Origin: Nemertoderma westbladi
Taxonomy: Eukaryota; Animalia; Xenacoelomorpha
DNA: 50,037 nt
Assembly (NCBI GenBank): GCA_032718475.1
Contig: JAUCBJ010000218.1
Coordinates: 1-50,037, forward strand
Direction: 5' to 3'
A model generated the notes under the pieces. The model was not told where the DNA came from. It ran no database searches and saw only the letters and a list, made by a program, of their open reading frames with translations. The position numbers and the translations under genes were made by a program. This document shows, piece by piece, positions 34,620 through 48,262 of this stretch; the first letter of the stretch is position 1; the number at the start of each line of letters is the position of its first letter.

Positions 34620-36760
34620 GTTTTAGGTAGGTTTAGATAGTAATTTCAACACTGGTTCCGACTCCTACAGTACTTCCTTCTATAAATATTTTATAGTAGC
34701 TAGTTCTTATTTCTATTTGTATAGAAAATGTTGCAGAACATGTTAACTATTCTTTTTTAAAAATATTATGTTCTGGAACAAATATTTTTTGTTCTAGAAC
34801 ATTTTTTAGAAAAAATTTGGATTCTATTTAAAACGCATGGAATCGTTTTACAACGTGTATAAAAATGAAAGGCACTACTACAGTATGTGTACCCATGACC
34901 GGAATTTTTTTTGTAGTTGCTAGTTTTTGCTATACTTTTTTTTAATGTTCTGTCATATTAGCTATAATTTTGTAAAAAAAATGTTCTAGAACAAATATTT
35001 TTCTTCTAGAACAACAAATGATGAGTACAGAAAATGTCATATTAAAATTTTCAATGTTATGGGTACCCACTTTTTAAACAAATTGTTTCATATGAAAATG
35101 GCTTTTATCATGAGGTTTTTTGTTCTAGAACAAATATTTAACTTTCTGCCTGTACGATGGTAGCTAGTAATTTTGATTTTGTGTTAGCTAGTACTTTTTA
35201 TTAGCTAGTTAAAAAAAATTTAATTGAAAAATTGAAAAAAAATTTACCACGTTTTTTCTTGTAAAAATGTATTTTATTATGAGGTTTTTTTTATCTAGAA
35301 CAAATATTTGACCTTCTGACAGTAAGATGGTAGCTAGTACTTTTGATTTTGTGTTAGCTAGTACTATTTATTAGCTAGTAAATGTAAGATATACCGGTAA
35401 TTTAATTCTCAATTATATATTTGCATGGAATAATTTATGAGTCATAGTGTAGCTAGTAATTGTTATTTGATAGTCAAAGTAGCTAGTAATTATTCACTAG
35501 CTAGTTTTTATACAAAATATAGGCGGATGTAAAAATAGAGATTTTACTTATTTTACTTATTTAGGCCTATTTTACTTATTACTAGATTTATTTATCTTTT
35601 TATTAGTCATTTCGAGAATATTGATGATATGTAAATTGTCTAAATAAAAGGGGCACTACAAAATTTCTTTTGTAATTTTAAGATCACTAGCTACCTTTAA
35701 AAGCACTACCGGTTGCTACCATAATAAAAATAATAGGAAACCTCTCTCAGAAGGTGCAATTTATGTTCTAGAACGAAAAACATCATGATAATATCCAATA
35801 ACATGGTAAAAAAATTGATCAAAAATTAGGTACCAAAAATTTGGTTTTGTAATTTTAAAAATAGTAGCTACCTAAAAGAAATCACTAGCTACCATAAAAA
35901 ACAATAGCTAACGACTAACAGAAGATGACATTAATGTTCTAAAACAAAAAACCTCAAGATAATAGCCATTAACATTGTCAAATAAATGGTCAAGAAGTGG
36001 GTACCCATAACACCTATCATCAATATATTCTCGAAATGGTCAATAAAAAGATAAATAAGGTTCCACCTTGGTGTAGTGGTTGCATTGAATTCACATCTCC
36101 CGTAGGTCGTGGGTTCGAACCTCACATGGGCCAGGGCAGTTTTCGTTTCGGCACGAATGCTTTAAAGGAACCAGCCAGGGCGCATCTCTGCCTTGCATCC
36201 TTAAGTGGTAGCTAAATGAGTACTGGAGTTTCCTCTGGGGAGTAAAGTTCTGGGGGGACCGCACTGGAAATAAGTCGTCAGACTTTGTGCGTAATCCCTG
36301 GCCTAGCGGCCGAAGAAAATTTACTTTTACTTTACTTTATAAATCTATAAATTTTTTGGTTGCCCTGGAAAAGATCAAGAAAATATTGTTATTAAACACG
36401 ATAAACTAGTCCTTTAAGCAACGGTAGAGTTTTGACTGAGTATAATAAAAATGTATAAAATTTACATTTCTCAATAGTAAAAACTGTATTTTGACATCTG
36501 ACTATATTTTGTATAAAAAACTAGCTACCGGTAATGAATAAATACTAGCTAGCCCTACTTTGACTATCAAATAAAAATTACTAGCTACCATAAGAGTCAT
36601 AAATTTTTCCAGGCAAAATATATAATTGAGAATTGAATTATATTTTAAATTTTATTACTAGCTAATAAATAGTACTAGCTAACACAAAATCAAAATTACT
36701 AGCTACCATCTTACTGTCAGACAGTCAGAAGGTCAAATATTTGTTCTAGAAATAAAAAAC
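34620..36760. repeat. AT-rich foldback-like repeat family (tagctag/ttctagaa motifs)
   Basis: ~35290-35520 is inverted relative to ~36520-36760. ~34620-34860 is inverted relative to ~15460-15700. Related pieces at ~11620-11790 and ~43200. Confidence 0.7.
36059..36340 (+). mobile_element. tRNA-derived SINE
   Basis: A box TGGTGTAGTGG, B box GGTTCGAACC, central catcctt..taaatgagtac resembling conserved SINE core domains, (tttac)n tail. Confidence 0.8.
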
Positions 36761-36799
36761 ATTGTAGAAAGCATTTTTACGGACAAAACTGAATTTCTC

Positions 36800-37725
36800 C
36801 TCATACAAAATCGTTTTGGTGCACAAATAGATCCGTCAAAAATCAGGATAGGCGATGATATAATTCAGACAACAGTGCAAGGGATATTGGTTTTGAGATA
36901 GACTCGCACCTAACTTTCGCTAAGCAAATTAATAAATGCTTCGGGAGGCGTTTTTTCACTTACGCAACTTAGCTAAAATTAAACGGTACCTCTCCCAGCA
37001 TGATTTAGAATTACTAATCCATGCATTAATTATCAACAAGATTGATAACAACAACGCGTTGTTCTATGGAGTTCCATCTACTCTTATTAGGAAGTTGCAA
37101 CTCGTTCAGAATTCAGCTGCGCGGCTACTGACGCGAACGAAAAGAAGAGATCACATCACTCCAATCCTGAAGCGACTCCATTGGTTACCCGTAAAGCGCA
37201 GAGTAGAATATAAGCTAGCATTGCTAACCTATAAGTGCCTCAATGGGTTAGCTCAAGTTATCTAAACGAACTCCTAATCTCATATAGACTCTGACGTGAT
37301 CTTCGCTCGAATAGTGCTGGTCTTCTCGTGGTACCGCGATTCCGTTGCGGCACCTACTGTCTGGAACTCTATCCCCCAGTCAGTTAGAGACTTAGAGAGG
37401 CACCTACTCTCTGGAACTCTATCCCCCAGTCAGTTAGAGAGGCACCTACTGTCTGGAACTCTATCCCCCAGTCAGTTAGAGAGGCACTTACTCTCTGGAA
37501 CTCTATCCCCCAGTCAGTTAGAGAAACACCTACTGTCTGGAACTCTATCCCCCAGTCAGTTAGAGAGGCACTTACTCTCTGGAACTCTATCCCCCAGTCA
37601 GTTAGAGAGACACCTACTGTCTGGAACTCTATCCCCCAGTCAGTTAGAGAGGCACCCTCATTGGACACGTTTAAAATAAATAGGCTAAAGACGTTCCTAT
37701 TCAGAGCAGAATATGGTGAATAAAC
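36800..37725 (+). mobile_element. Degenerate L2-clade LINE 3' fragment
   Basis: LRNLAKIKRYL, LIHALI, LQLVQNSAARL, HITPILKRLHWLPV, APTVWNSIP, FK..LKTFLF; frameshifted. Confidence 0.9.
37349..37657 (+). repeat. 42-bp minisatellite, ~7 copies, inside the L2 fragment
   Basis: Unit ggcacctactgtctggaactctatcccccagtcagttagaga. Confidence 0.95.
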
Positions 37726-37773
37726 TTGTAGGACCATCAATTATTTCACTTTACTTATAATGTTGACTCTTAA

Positions 37774-39927
37774 CCTTATTAGTACCGGGCTATAAAATGT
37801 TGTACAAATACCGGGGGAGTCATATTGACCCCTCCCTCTAAAATTTTCAAATTTTTACGAAAACGTCTGATATTTTATTTGTACGTAGATATCACTAGTC
37901 TGGATCCGACCGAAAAAAAAATTTTCAAAAAAATGTACTGGGGTGGTTATATTGCAGCACCAAAATTACAAGTAGTGCACAATTTTCACAAAATTTGAAA
38001 GTTACATTTTTCGGCTAATTGTTTTTCAATACAGGTTTTCTGGGGCGCAAAATACATTGGAAAATATTTAAAAATGATATGATTACTATAAATGGCTGTT
38101 TAGTCCTCTCTGCGTAGGAAAAAATGAAAAAAACAAGTAACCAGCAATTTTCAGTTAGAACACAACATTTTTAATTCACTTATACGATTCTATAATTTCA
38201 CATTTTCAGGTTTTCTAGGGCGCTGATTCTAATGGAATACATTTCTAATATGCCAGATCAATGCTACTTGTATTTTTCGGCGTAATTTGGCAAATTTTGG
38301 TACTGGCACCAAATTTCGTACCCATAACCAAAAAGTACAAGTTTGAGATGTCCAGTGCTGTTTTTATTGATTCCATCGGATTCAGGACCCTCATAAACCC
38401 GTATAACGCTAGAAACAAGATGATACTATCTACTGATCAATTTGCTTATTTTATTTAAATTTGGTGCTGGCACAACAATTTTCACCCACCGGCGAAAAAT
38501 ACAAGTTTGAAAACTCTTATGAAAATTTTCTGATTCCATTGAATTCAGAACCTTCACAAACCCGTAAAACAAGGTGACACAATCAATTGATATATTTCAT
38601 GGTTTTCAAAATTTGGTGCTAGCTTCACATTTTGCACCCACTTCCGAAAAATACAAGTTTGAGATGTCTAGTTCGATAATTATATATTCCATTGAATTCA
38701 GAACAGCTATAAACCTCTAAACCGCAAGAAATAAATTGTCACAAGCAATTTTATTTATTGAATGGATTTTCAAATTTTTCGTGCTAGCACCAAAATTTGC
38801 ACACAGCACCGAAAAATACAAATTTGATACGCATATTAAATTTGATACGTATATATTCCATCGAAACCAGAACCCCAAAAAACCCCGCTTGCGTAAATAA
38901 CAAGTTTCAAACAATCAATTTACAAAGTTGACATATTTCAAAATTTGGTGCTGGCACCAAAATTTGGCACCTGCCTAAAAAAACAAGTTTGACATTTCTA
39001 AATTAATTTATATGAATTCCATCCAATTGCTAACACCAAAAAACCGGTGTAAATCAAAAATAGAGATGTTACAAATCATATTTAATGAAATGTAATTTTC
39101 AAAAAACGTCACAAATAAAGTGCCAAAATGTTAGCGAATTCAATTCCGCTAACCACCCCATAAAGTTGGGAAAGCGGTGCCTTTAAGCAATATTGGGGAG
39201 TACGAGGTTGATTGCCAATCAACCTCGTATCACCCCAATAAACGGGGACGACAAGCCCCAAAGGGCCGCACACAATGGGGGTCAGAGGTTACACCTCCGG
39301 GAGAGGGAAAGTGACAGTAGCGGGGGGGGGGGGGGGGGGGGAAACACTCCCAGAGAGACGGGAGGCGAGAATTAGGTTACTAGCCAATGGGGGGCAAGCA
39401 TCCGCTGAGTAATAGGGCCAACCTAGTGCAGTATATTACCTGTTGATGTATCTCATTTGTTCAGTTAGCTTACTCAGTTCAGTTAGGGCAGAACGGTAAC
39501 TTTTATTACCGTCGCCGCCACCATCACCAATTATATTACCGGTATCTGCATTATACATCCTTCAACTGTGCTTTGTGCTTTACTCCTCTATATTTCATAT
39601 ATACATATCATATACTACAGTACATATCAGTTAATAACATCAGAACTCTTTCAATCTAACAACAAACTCTTTCACACGGCGGGGACGCGTAAATAAAACA
39701 ACCGGTCGGGATTCTCGGATCCCGTCACACAAAAGTAGGGTTAAAAAATGGTGCTATAACTAGAAAACTACCCAATATTTTTGAAAACGGTTTTCACTAC
39801 TAGGAAGACAATAGATCTTTAGGAAAAGTCATAAAATATCAGATTCCCAACTGCGTTTGTTTCAGAATTATAACAAAAAAACCGCGGAGGGTAGTCATAT
39901 TGATCCCCTCCCCCGGGTTTAATAGGG
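37774..39927. mobile_element. Non-autonomous piggyBac-like element
   Basis: TTAA|ccttattagtaccggg ... cccgggtttaataggg|TTAA (12/16 TIR match), subterminal gtcatattga(c/t)ccc at both ends, degenerate internal repeats. An extra right end lies at 40033-40053. Confidence 0.65.
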
Positions 39928-40145
39928 TTAAGTTGTCAATGGCATGTAATGCATACCAGGACAGGCCCAATATTTCCAATTGGTGTTTTGTTTCAGCCTA
40001 TGGAAGTAATTTCTGGGCTTCTAATTGGCTGCCCCCGGGTTTAATAGGGTTAAAAGCCATTTTCATATAAAAAAAACATAATAAAAAAATACGTCAAAAA
40101 GTGGGTACCCTTAACATTTACCCATTTAAGAAGTTTCTGACATTA

Positions 40146-42155
40146 ACGGGCGGAATTATGAACAAAATGTAGCCACGGGCGCAACTATATGAACAAAATG
40201 TAGCCACGGGCGGAACTATATGAACAAAATGTAGCCATGAGCGGAACTATAAGAACAAAATGTAGCCATGGGCGGAACTATATGAACAAAATGTAGCCAC
40301 GGGCGGAACTATATGAACAAAATGTAGCCACGGGCGGAACTATAAGAACAAAATGTAGCCAGGGGCGGAACTATAAGAACAAAATGTAGCCACGGGCGGA
40401 ACTATAAGAACAAAATGTAGCCACTGGCGTAACTATAAGAACCAAATGTAGCCATGGGCGGAACTATAAGAACAAAATGTAGCCACGGGCGGAACTATAA
40501 GAACAAAATGTAGCCACAGGCGGAACTATAAGAACAAAATGTAGCCACGGGCGGAACTATAAGAACAAAATGTAGCCATGGGCAGAACTATAAGAACAAA
40601 ATGTAGCCACGGGTGGAACTATAAGAACAAAATGTAACCACGGGCGGAACTATAAGAACAAAATGTAGCCACGGGTGGAACTATAAGAACAAAATGTAGC
40701 CACGGGCGGAACTATAAGAACAAAATATAGCCACAGGCGGAACTATAAGAACAAAATGTAGCTACGGGCGGAACCATAAGAACAAAATGTAGCCGTGGGC
40801 GGAACTATAAGAACAAAATGTAGCCACGGGCAGAACTATGTGAACAAAATGTAGCCACGGGTGGAACTATAAAAATAAAATGTAGCTACGGGCGGAACTA
40901 TAAGAACTTAATGTAGCCACGGGCGGAACTATAAGAACAAAATGTAGCCACAGGCAGAACTATAATAGCAAAATGTAGCCACGGGCGGAACTATAATAAC
41001 AAAATGTAGCCACGGGCAGAACTATAAGAACAAAATGTAGCCACGGGCGGAACTATATCAACAAAATGTAGCCACGGGCGGAACTATAAGAACAAAATGT
41101 AGCCACGGGGGGAACTATAAGAACAAAATGTAGCCACGGGCGGAACTATAAGAACAAAATGTAGCCAGGGGCGGAACTATATCAACAAAATGTAGCCACG
41201 GGCGGAACTATAGGAACAAATTGTAGCCACGGGTGGAACTATGTGAACAAAATGTAGCCACGGGCGGAACTATAAGAACAAAATGTAGCCACGGGCGGAA
41301 CTATAAGAACAAAATGTAGCCACAGGCGGAACTATAAGAACAAAATGTAGCCACGGGCGGAACTATAAGAACAAAATGTAGCCACGGGCGGAACTATAAG
41401 AACAAAATGTAGCCACGGGTGGAACTATAAGAACAAAATGTAACCACGGGCGGAACTATAAGAACAAAATGTAGCCACGGGCGGAACTATAAAAACAAAA
41501 TGTAGCCACGGGCGGAACTATAAGAACAAAATGTAGCCACGGGCGGAACTATAAGAACAAAATATAGCCACGGGCAGAACTATAAGAACAAAATATAGCC
41601 ACGGGCGGAACTATAAGAACAAAATGTAGCTATGGGCGGGACCATAAGAACAAAATGTAGCCGTGGGCGGAACTATAAGAACAAAATGTAGCCACGGATG
41701 GAACTATGTGAACAAAATGTAGCCACGGGCGGAACTATAAAAACGAAATTTAGCTACGGGCGGAACTATAAGAACTTAATGTAGCCACGGGCGGAACTAT
41801 AAGAACAAAATGTAGCCACGGGTGGAAGTATAATAGCAAAATGTAGCCACGGGCGGAACTATATCAATAAAATGTAGCCACGGGCGGAACTATAAGAACA
41901 AAATGTAGCCACGGGGGGAACTATAAGAACAAAATGTAGCCACGGGCGGAACTATAAGTACAACATGTAGCCACGGTCGGAATTATAAGAACAATATGTA
42001 GCCGCGGGTGGAACTATAAGAACAAAATGTAGCCACAGGCGGAACTATATGACCAATTGTTATATTTTTATATAATGATTTTAGATATTTCTTAAATGTA
42101 GCCACGGGCGGAATTATTGAACACAATGTAGCCACGGGCGGAACTATATGAACAA
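40146..42155. repeat. 31-bp tandem satellite, ~60 copies
   Basis: Unit gaacaaaatgtagccacgggcggaactataa, head to tail with no spacers. Confidence 0.97.
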
Positions 42156-43686
42156 AATCACTCATAGTGTCCTCTAATTTTGACTTTTTATGTTTAAGGG
42201 GGGGGTGGGGGGGGGGTGTGGGTGGTACACCATTTTCGGACAATTCTTCGATTTATCACTCTCAGCGTTTCAAAATTGTTTGGTTTTGGCTATAATTTGG
42301 AATATAGGTGCCTAAGATGCTAATTCTACATGATAGGGTAGAAAAAATTTTTTTTTTCGCTATTTAATATTAGTTAATACAAGTTAACAATAAAAAAAAC
42401 TTGGTTGCGCTTAAAACCCTAAGGCTTTTACAGTTTTGAATCTAATCACATGAAAGTTGTTTTATATGATAGATCATAGATGGGGCAACATAACTATCAG
42501 GCGGTTTGTTATAAATAATATTAAATTTTATTAACAAATTATTTCGAAAAGTTGTCTGATTCTTTAATGCAGGGTGGCTATCTATACACCCACAGAAAGT
42601 TTCAGACTAATTGCTCAAAAATTATAGAAGTAGTAGGGTTTTGAAGTTGACAATATCATAAAAAAAATATTTGGAGATAATCGACATAGTAATAGTAATT
42701 TCAATAGGATTCCCTAAATGGAAATTGTTATAACTTGAAAACTAAAAGAGCTATTAAATAGCGGTTTTCAGATTTGGAAACACCATTCAATGGTGTCAAA
42801 CAAACAGACACGATTTTCTTACAGTAAGTAAATCTGAAGATTTACAAAAAAAAGTATAATACATAGAAAGTTAGACTAGTAAATTACAAAATTGAATCTT
42901 TATTGGTAAATGCATGCAGGGTTTGGTTTTAGTTACTGTAATATATCAAATATTATTAAGTAAAATATCTAATCTAAATAAGCTTTTAGGATAGGATAAT
43001 ATAATTTTACAATTATCAGAGAGGCTTAGAAGAGCGAAGAGAATATGATGGAGGTGACACAGTCTATACAACACCTCGCATTAGCTAATTAATATTTGTC
43101 TTGAAAATCCTTAGATTTGTTGCCTGACGCACAAAGGATGTGAGTTATAGATGCACGAAAACAATTATTAAAATCAATCCAAAATATTTTAAGTTTTTGC
43201 TTATACATACCATTAGTAATACCGGATATTGTGGGGCGAGCCACGAAAAAAATTGAGATTATTTAGAGACTTTCAGGAACCATAGACCATAGTCTCCCCC
43301 CACAGAGCTAATATGTCTAATCATTAAATGTCTTCCCATTTCTTTGCTTTTTTATTCAATTCAATCTGAAACTCGGGAGTACTAGACCATCAATGCGGAA
43401 CGGTGTCATTCAAAAGGGGCTAACCCGCCTGCAGTAGAGTCTGCCGCTAGAGAACGATATGTCTGGATGTGAAATCCTTAACCCATTCCGTTATTTATGA
43501 TCCGTCTTAGCTGAAACTCGTCAGATAATATTCTAGAACACATAGTATGTCTTTGCGGAATCGGTAATCGGTCTGCAGTTCTGCAGTCTGTCTGTAGAGG
43601 GTGTATGGAAATATAAACCTCAAATTTCCCTGATTTCCATTCGTTTCAGTTTATCGGCCTGATGCATTGCAGCTGCACATTGATAT

Positions 43687-45760
43687 GCTGAGTCTCTGTG
43701 CTGAGACATTGAGTATCTATGCTGAGACTGAGTCTATGTGCTGAGACATTGAGTCTCCGTGCTGAGACTGAGTCTCTGTGCTGAGACATCGAGTCTCCGT
43801 GGTGAGACATTGAGTCTCTGTGCTGAGAATGAGTCTCTGTGCTGAGACATTGAGTCTCCGTGCTGAGACTGAGTCTATGTGCTGAGACATTGAGTCTCCG
43901 TGCTGAGACTGAGTCTCTGTGCTGAGACATCGAGTCTCCGTGGTGAGACATTGAGTCTCTGTGCTGAGAATGAGTCTCTGTGCTGAGACTGAGTCTCTGT
44001 GCTGAGACATTGAGTCTCCGTGCTGAGAATGAGTCTCTGTGCTGAGACTGAGTCTCTGTGCTAGGACATTGAGTCTCCGTGTTGAGACTGAGTCTCTGTG
44101 CTGAGACATCGAGTCTCCGTGGTGAGACATTGAGTCTCTGTGCTGAGAATGAGTCTCTGTGCTGAGACTGAGTATCTGTGCTGAGACATTGAGTCTCTGT
44201 GCTGAGAGATTGAGTCTCCGTGCTGAGACTGAGTCTCTGTGCTGAGACATTGAGTCTCCGTGCTGAGATTGAATCTCTGTGCTGAGACATTGAGTCTCCG
44301 TGCTGAGACTGAGTCTCTGTGCTGAGACTGAGTCTCTGTGCTGAGACATAGAGTCTCCGTGCTGAAACTGAGTCTTTGTGCTGAGACATTGAGTCTCTGT
44401 GCTGAGACATTGAGTCTCCGTGCTGAGACTGAGTCTCCGTGCTGAGACATTGAGTCTCCGTGCTGAGATTGAATCTCTGTGCTGAGACATTGAGTCTCCG
44501 TGCTGAGACTGAGTCTCTGTGCTGAGACATAGAGTCTCCGTGCTGAGACTGCGTCTTTGTGCTGAGACATTGAGTCTCTGTGCTGAGACATTAAGTCTCC
44601 GTGCTGAGACTGAGTCTCTGTGCTGAGACATTGAGTCTCCGTGCTGAGACTGAGTCTCTCTGCTGAGACTTTGAGTCTCCGTACTGAGACTCAGTCTCTA
44701 TACTGAGACATTGAGTCTCCGTGCTGAGACGGAGTCTCTGTGCTAAGACATTGAGTCTCCGTGCTGAGACATTGAGTCTCCGTGCTGAGACATTGAGTCT
44801 CTGTGCTGAGACATTGAGTCTCCGTGCAGAGACATTGGGTCTCCATGCCTTGACATTGAGTCTCTGTGCTGTGACATTGAGTCTCTGTGCTGAGACATTA
44901 AGTCTCCGTGCTGAGACTGAGTCTCCGTGCTGAGACATTGAATCTCTGTGCTGAGACATTGAGTCTCCATGCTGAGACATTGGGTCTCCATGCTGTGACA
45001 TTGAGTCTCTGTGCTGTGACATTGAGTCTCTGTGCTGTGACATTGAGTCTCTGTGCTAAGACATTGAGTCTCCGTGCTGAGACATTGAGTCTCTGTGCTG
45101 AGACATTAAGTCTCCGTGCTGAGACATTGAGTCTCCGTGCTGAGACATTGGGTCTCCATGCTGTGACATTGAGTCTCTGTGCTGAGACATTGAGTCTCTG
45201 TGCTGAGACATTGAGTTTCTGTGCTGCGACATTGAGTCTCTGTGCTGAGACATTGTGTCTCCGTGCAGAGACATTGGGTCTCCATGCCTTGACATTGAGT
45301 CTCTGTGCTGTGACATTGAATCTCTGTGCTGAGACATTAAGTCTCCGTGCTGAGACTGAGTCTCCGTGCCGAGACATTGAATCTCTGTGCTGAGACATTG
45401 AGTCTCCGTGCTTAGACATTGGATCTCCATGCTGTGACATTGAGTCTCTGTGCTGTGACATTGAGTCTCTGTGCTAAGACATTGAGTCTCCGTGCTGAGA
45501 CATTGAGTCTCTGTGCTGAGACATTAAGTCTCCGTGATGAGACTGAGTCTCCGTGCTGAGACATTGAGTCTCCGTGCTGAGACATTGGCTCTCCATGCTG
45601 TGACATTGAGTCTCTGTGTTGAGACATTGAGTCTCTGTGCTGAGACATTGAGTCTCTGTGCTGCGACATTGAGTCTCTGTGCTGAGACATTGAGTCTCTG
45701 TGCTGAGACATTGAGTCTCTGTGGTGAGACATTGAGTCTCTGTGCTGAGACATTGAGTCT
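43687..45760. repeat. Mixed 19/21-bp tandem satellite
   Basis: Units gagtctc(t/c)gtgctgagacatt and gagtctctgtgctgagact. Confidence 0.97.
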
Positions 45761-46269
45761 AGCTCAAATCTTGTTGGTGTATTATTACCGTAAACTATGT
45801 GGAAGATATTTGCGGTTGCATGGCCTAGTGTTTTGGGTGCCTTTTATAAAATTAAATTATTTTATTTCATCAATTAAATTATATCAATAAACATTAAGCA
45901 TAATATTTCTAGAACACGTGTTAATTTAGTAACTAGCTATACTGTATTTAACTATTTATTATTTATTTATTTATTTGTATGGAATTAATTTCGCAATTTC
46001 GATTCGCCACGGCGACATATTTTCTAACTTTATACTGTATCGCAGTGCGACATTATACATTTTATTATGTATTTGCAGTATATCCAGGACGTCACCGCGT
46101 CATTATTAGGTTGTTCTAGAAAGTTTGAGTGCATAACTACAAATAATTCCCCAGAAATAAATAAAATTAGATTCACCATTGTTTATAATTAGCACTTTAG
46201 CTTTTACGGCCCTCGTTCTATTATTTCTAGATTATTTCTATTATATCTTCAGAATCACCCTGCCAGGGT

Positions 46270-46700
46270 CTCAGTTTTATCAGCCTTGAGATTGCAAAGT
46301 TTAGGTAGTATCTCAAGAAGTTTGTCTTGACCAGATTGTTCAACACAGTTAAGCAATGTAGTGTAAGGAATGCAACTAATGCAAGGGTTTGGAGCTCTGT
46401 ATGGAAAAACTCACAGCTGATATATATATATATAGATTACATACATCCACAAGTAAGTTTGTCATGTATGTCTCTTGGATAAGCGTCTGCAGCAATGGAG
46501 GGCATGTGAAGAAGTGAGGCTGAGACATAGCCAAGCTTTGTGAAGCGTCGTTCATGATACAATGTCAAATGTTTTACTTGGCCATCACATTCTACTATAA
46601 TAACTGAATAAGGTCAGAAATGGCTGAGTTGTCATGAGTGACAAGATTAAGCAAGGCATAAATGCCAGCAATCACGAATCACTAAAGCTTTTGTTGCTCC
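46270..46700 (-). pseudogene. Decayed coding remnant, possibly DNA-transposon derived
   Basis: Minus-strand peptides LYHERRFTKLGYVSASLL and LLNCVEQSGQDKLLEILPKL look protein-like; broken by stops and an (AT)n run. Family not identified. Confidence 0.35.
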
Positions 46701-47429
46701 TAAAAAAAGCCTCAAAGATGGATTTATTGCCTCTAACCTATCTCTTAACTTTACAGAAAACTGTAATATTAAAATTAATAAAAATTAAATAAAAACAAAT
46801 AAAAACGGTAATATTTAAATTATCCAATCCTTCTCAGTATGACCTCATCAGCCATCAATAGATTCGGCATCAGAGGAATTTTCTGAATCGAATGACATTT
46901 CAAATGCCCATATTAAAATGGCTTTTTAAAATTTATTTATTTTTAAGTCAGAAGTATAGTAAAAATAACAGAATTTTTGTTAAATCTACCATAACTTAAG
47001 AAATTTAGTTCTTAATGACTAAATGGTGACATCTACCCCCACTAATCGACCATTGCGATTCAAATGAGATCAAAATCAAGTCAATACGACCATAATAAGT
47101 TGGTATACAAGTGAAATTATCACAAATCCATAATCGCGCGAGCGCATTGTGGGTACCACTCAGTTTTTTGTTTGGTGCTGATGAATTTGGACTAAAATTT
47201 CAAATTTTTTGTGAATATTATGCCCATATGCCCTAATGCATCGAAAAAACATTTCCCAAGATGATTTGGAGAGCATCATCAAAAATCCTACCCATACCCC
47301 CTACCTCTATCATTTCCCCCTCTCTTGCGTGGGAAACTAGATCACCCATACCGTAACGCTATAAAGCGCCATGTTATGAACAATGTCGAATATAGTATTT
47401 GATGAAAAATTGATGAAAATTTCACCAAA

Positions 47430-47970
47430 AAAATTATTTTATACCAAATTAAATATTGTGACCCCAAAAAAAATTATTCAACACCAAATAAAATAAAGTC
47501 ACCCCAAATAAAATTATTCAAACACCAAATTAAATTTTTCAAAACCAAAAAAATTATTCAACACCAAAACCAATTATTCAACACCAAAACCAATTATTCA
47601 ATACCAAAATAAATAAATGCTCCCCAAAACCAATTATTAGCACCAAAATAAATGTCAAAACCCCCAAAATAATTACAAATATTCCCAAAATAAATACATT
47701 TTCCCCAAAACAAATACATTTTAGCCCAAAATAAATACATTTTCCCCCAAAACAAATACATTTTTGCCCAAAATAAATACATTTTCCCCCAAAACAAATA
47801 CATTTTTGCCCAAAATAAATACATAATCCCCCAAAACAAATACATTTTAGCCCAAAAAAATACATTTTCCCCCAAAACAAATACATTTTAGCCCAAAAGA
47901 AATAAATTTTCCCCCAAAACAAATACATTTTTGCCCAAAATAAATACATAATCCCCCACAATAAATACTA
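47430..47970. repeat. Degenerate ~21-22-bp tandem array (ccccaaaa..aaatacattt / caccaaaaccaattattcaa)
   Basis: Directly visible. Confidence 0.9.
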
Positions 47971-48262
47971 TACTACTGCAGCAAATAGGCCTTGCACTTC
48001 CTGGAAGTTAGACAAAAACTTCAGTAGGCCTACTGCCGTAATACTATAACCTAATAACAGTAAAAGTAATAGGGCATAGGCAATAATAGATAGGCATATT
48101 AGGTATATCGGTACGAAACCTAATAACAGAAAACGTTGTTCGAAGGCAATAGGCCTAGCGGTACGAATTCTGTAACTGAAGACTGAAGCAAGCGCCCATG
48201 TGAAGAATACCGGGATTTAATATAAAATATTTGGTGCCGGAAAAAATTTTATTGGTTGACAA

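Noticed and set aside
36059-36135. Functional tRNA gene
   Set aside because: A and B boxes are present but continue into a SINE body and simple-repeat tail; cloverleaf is poor.
40146-42155. 31-bp repeat array as a CRISPR
   Set aside because: Head-to-tail units with no unique spacers, no cas genes, eukaryotic context.
43380-43685. Possible degenerate APE endonuclease fragment on the minus strand
   Set aside because: Only faint motif echoes (DILCVLE) with stops; insufficient support.
43646-45890. Long ORFs (MSQHRDS..., LSTETQ...)
   Set aside because: Translations of the stop-poor 19/21-bp satellite.
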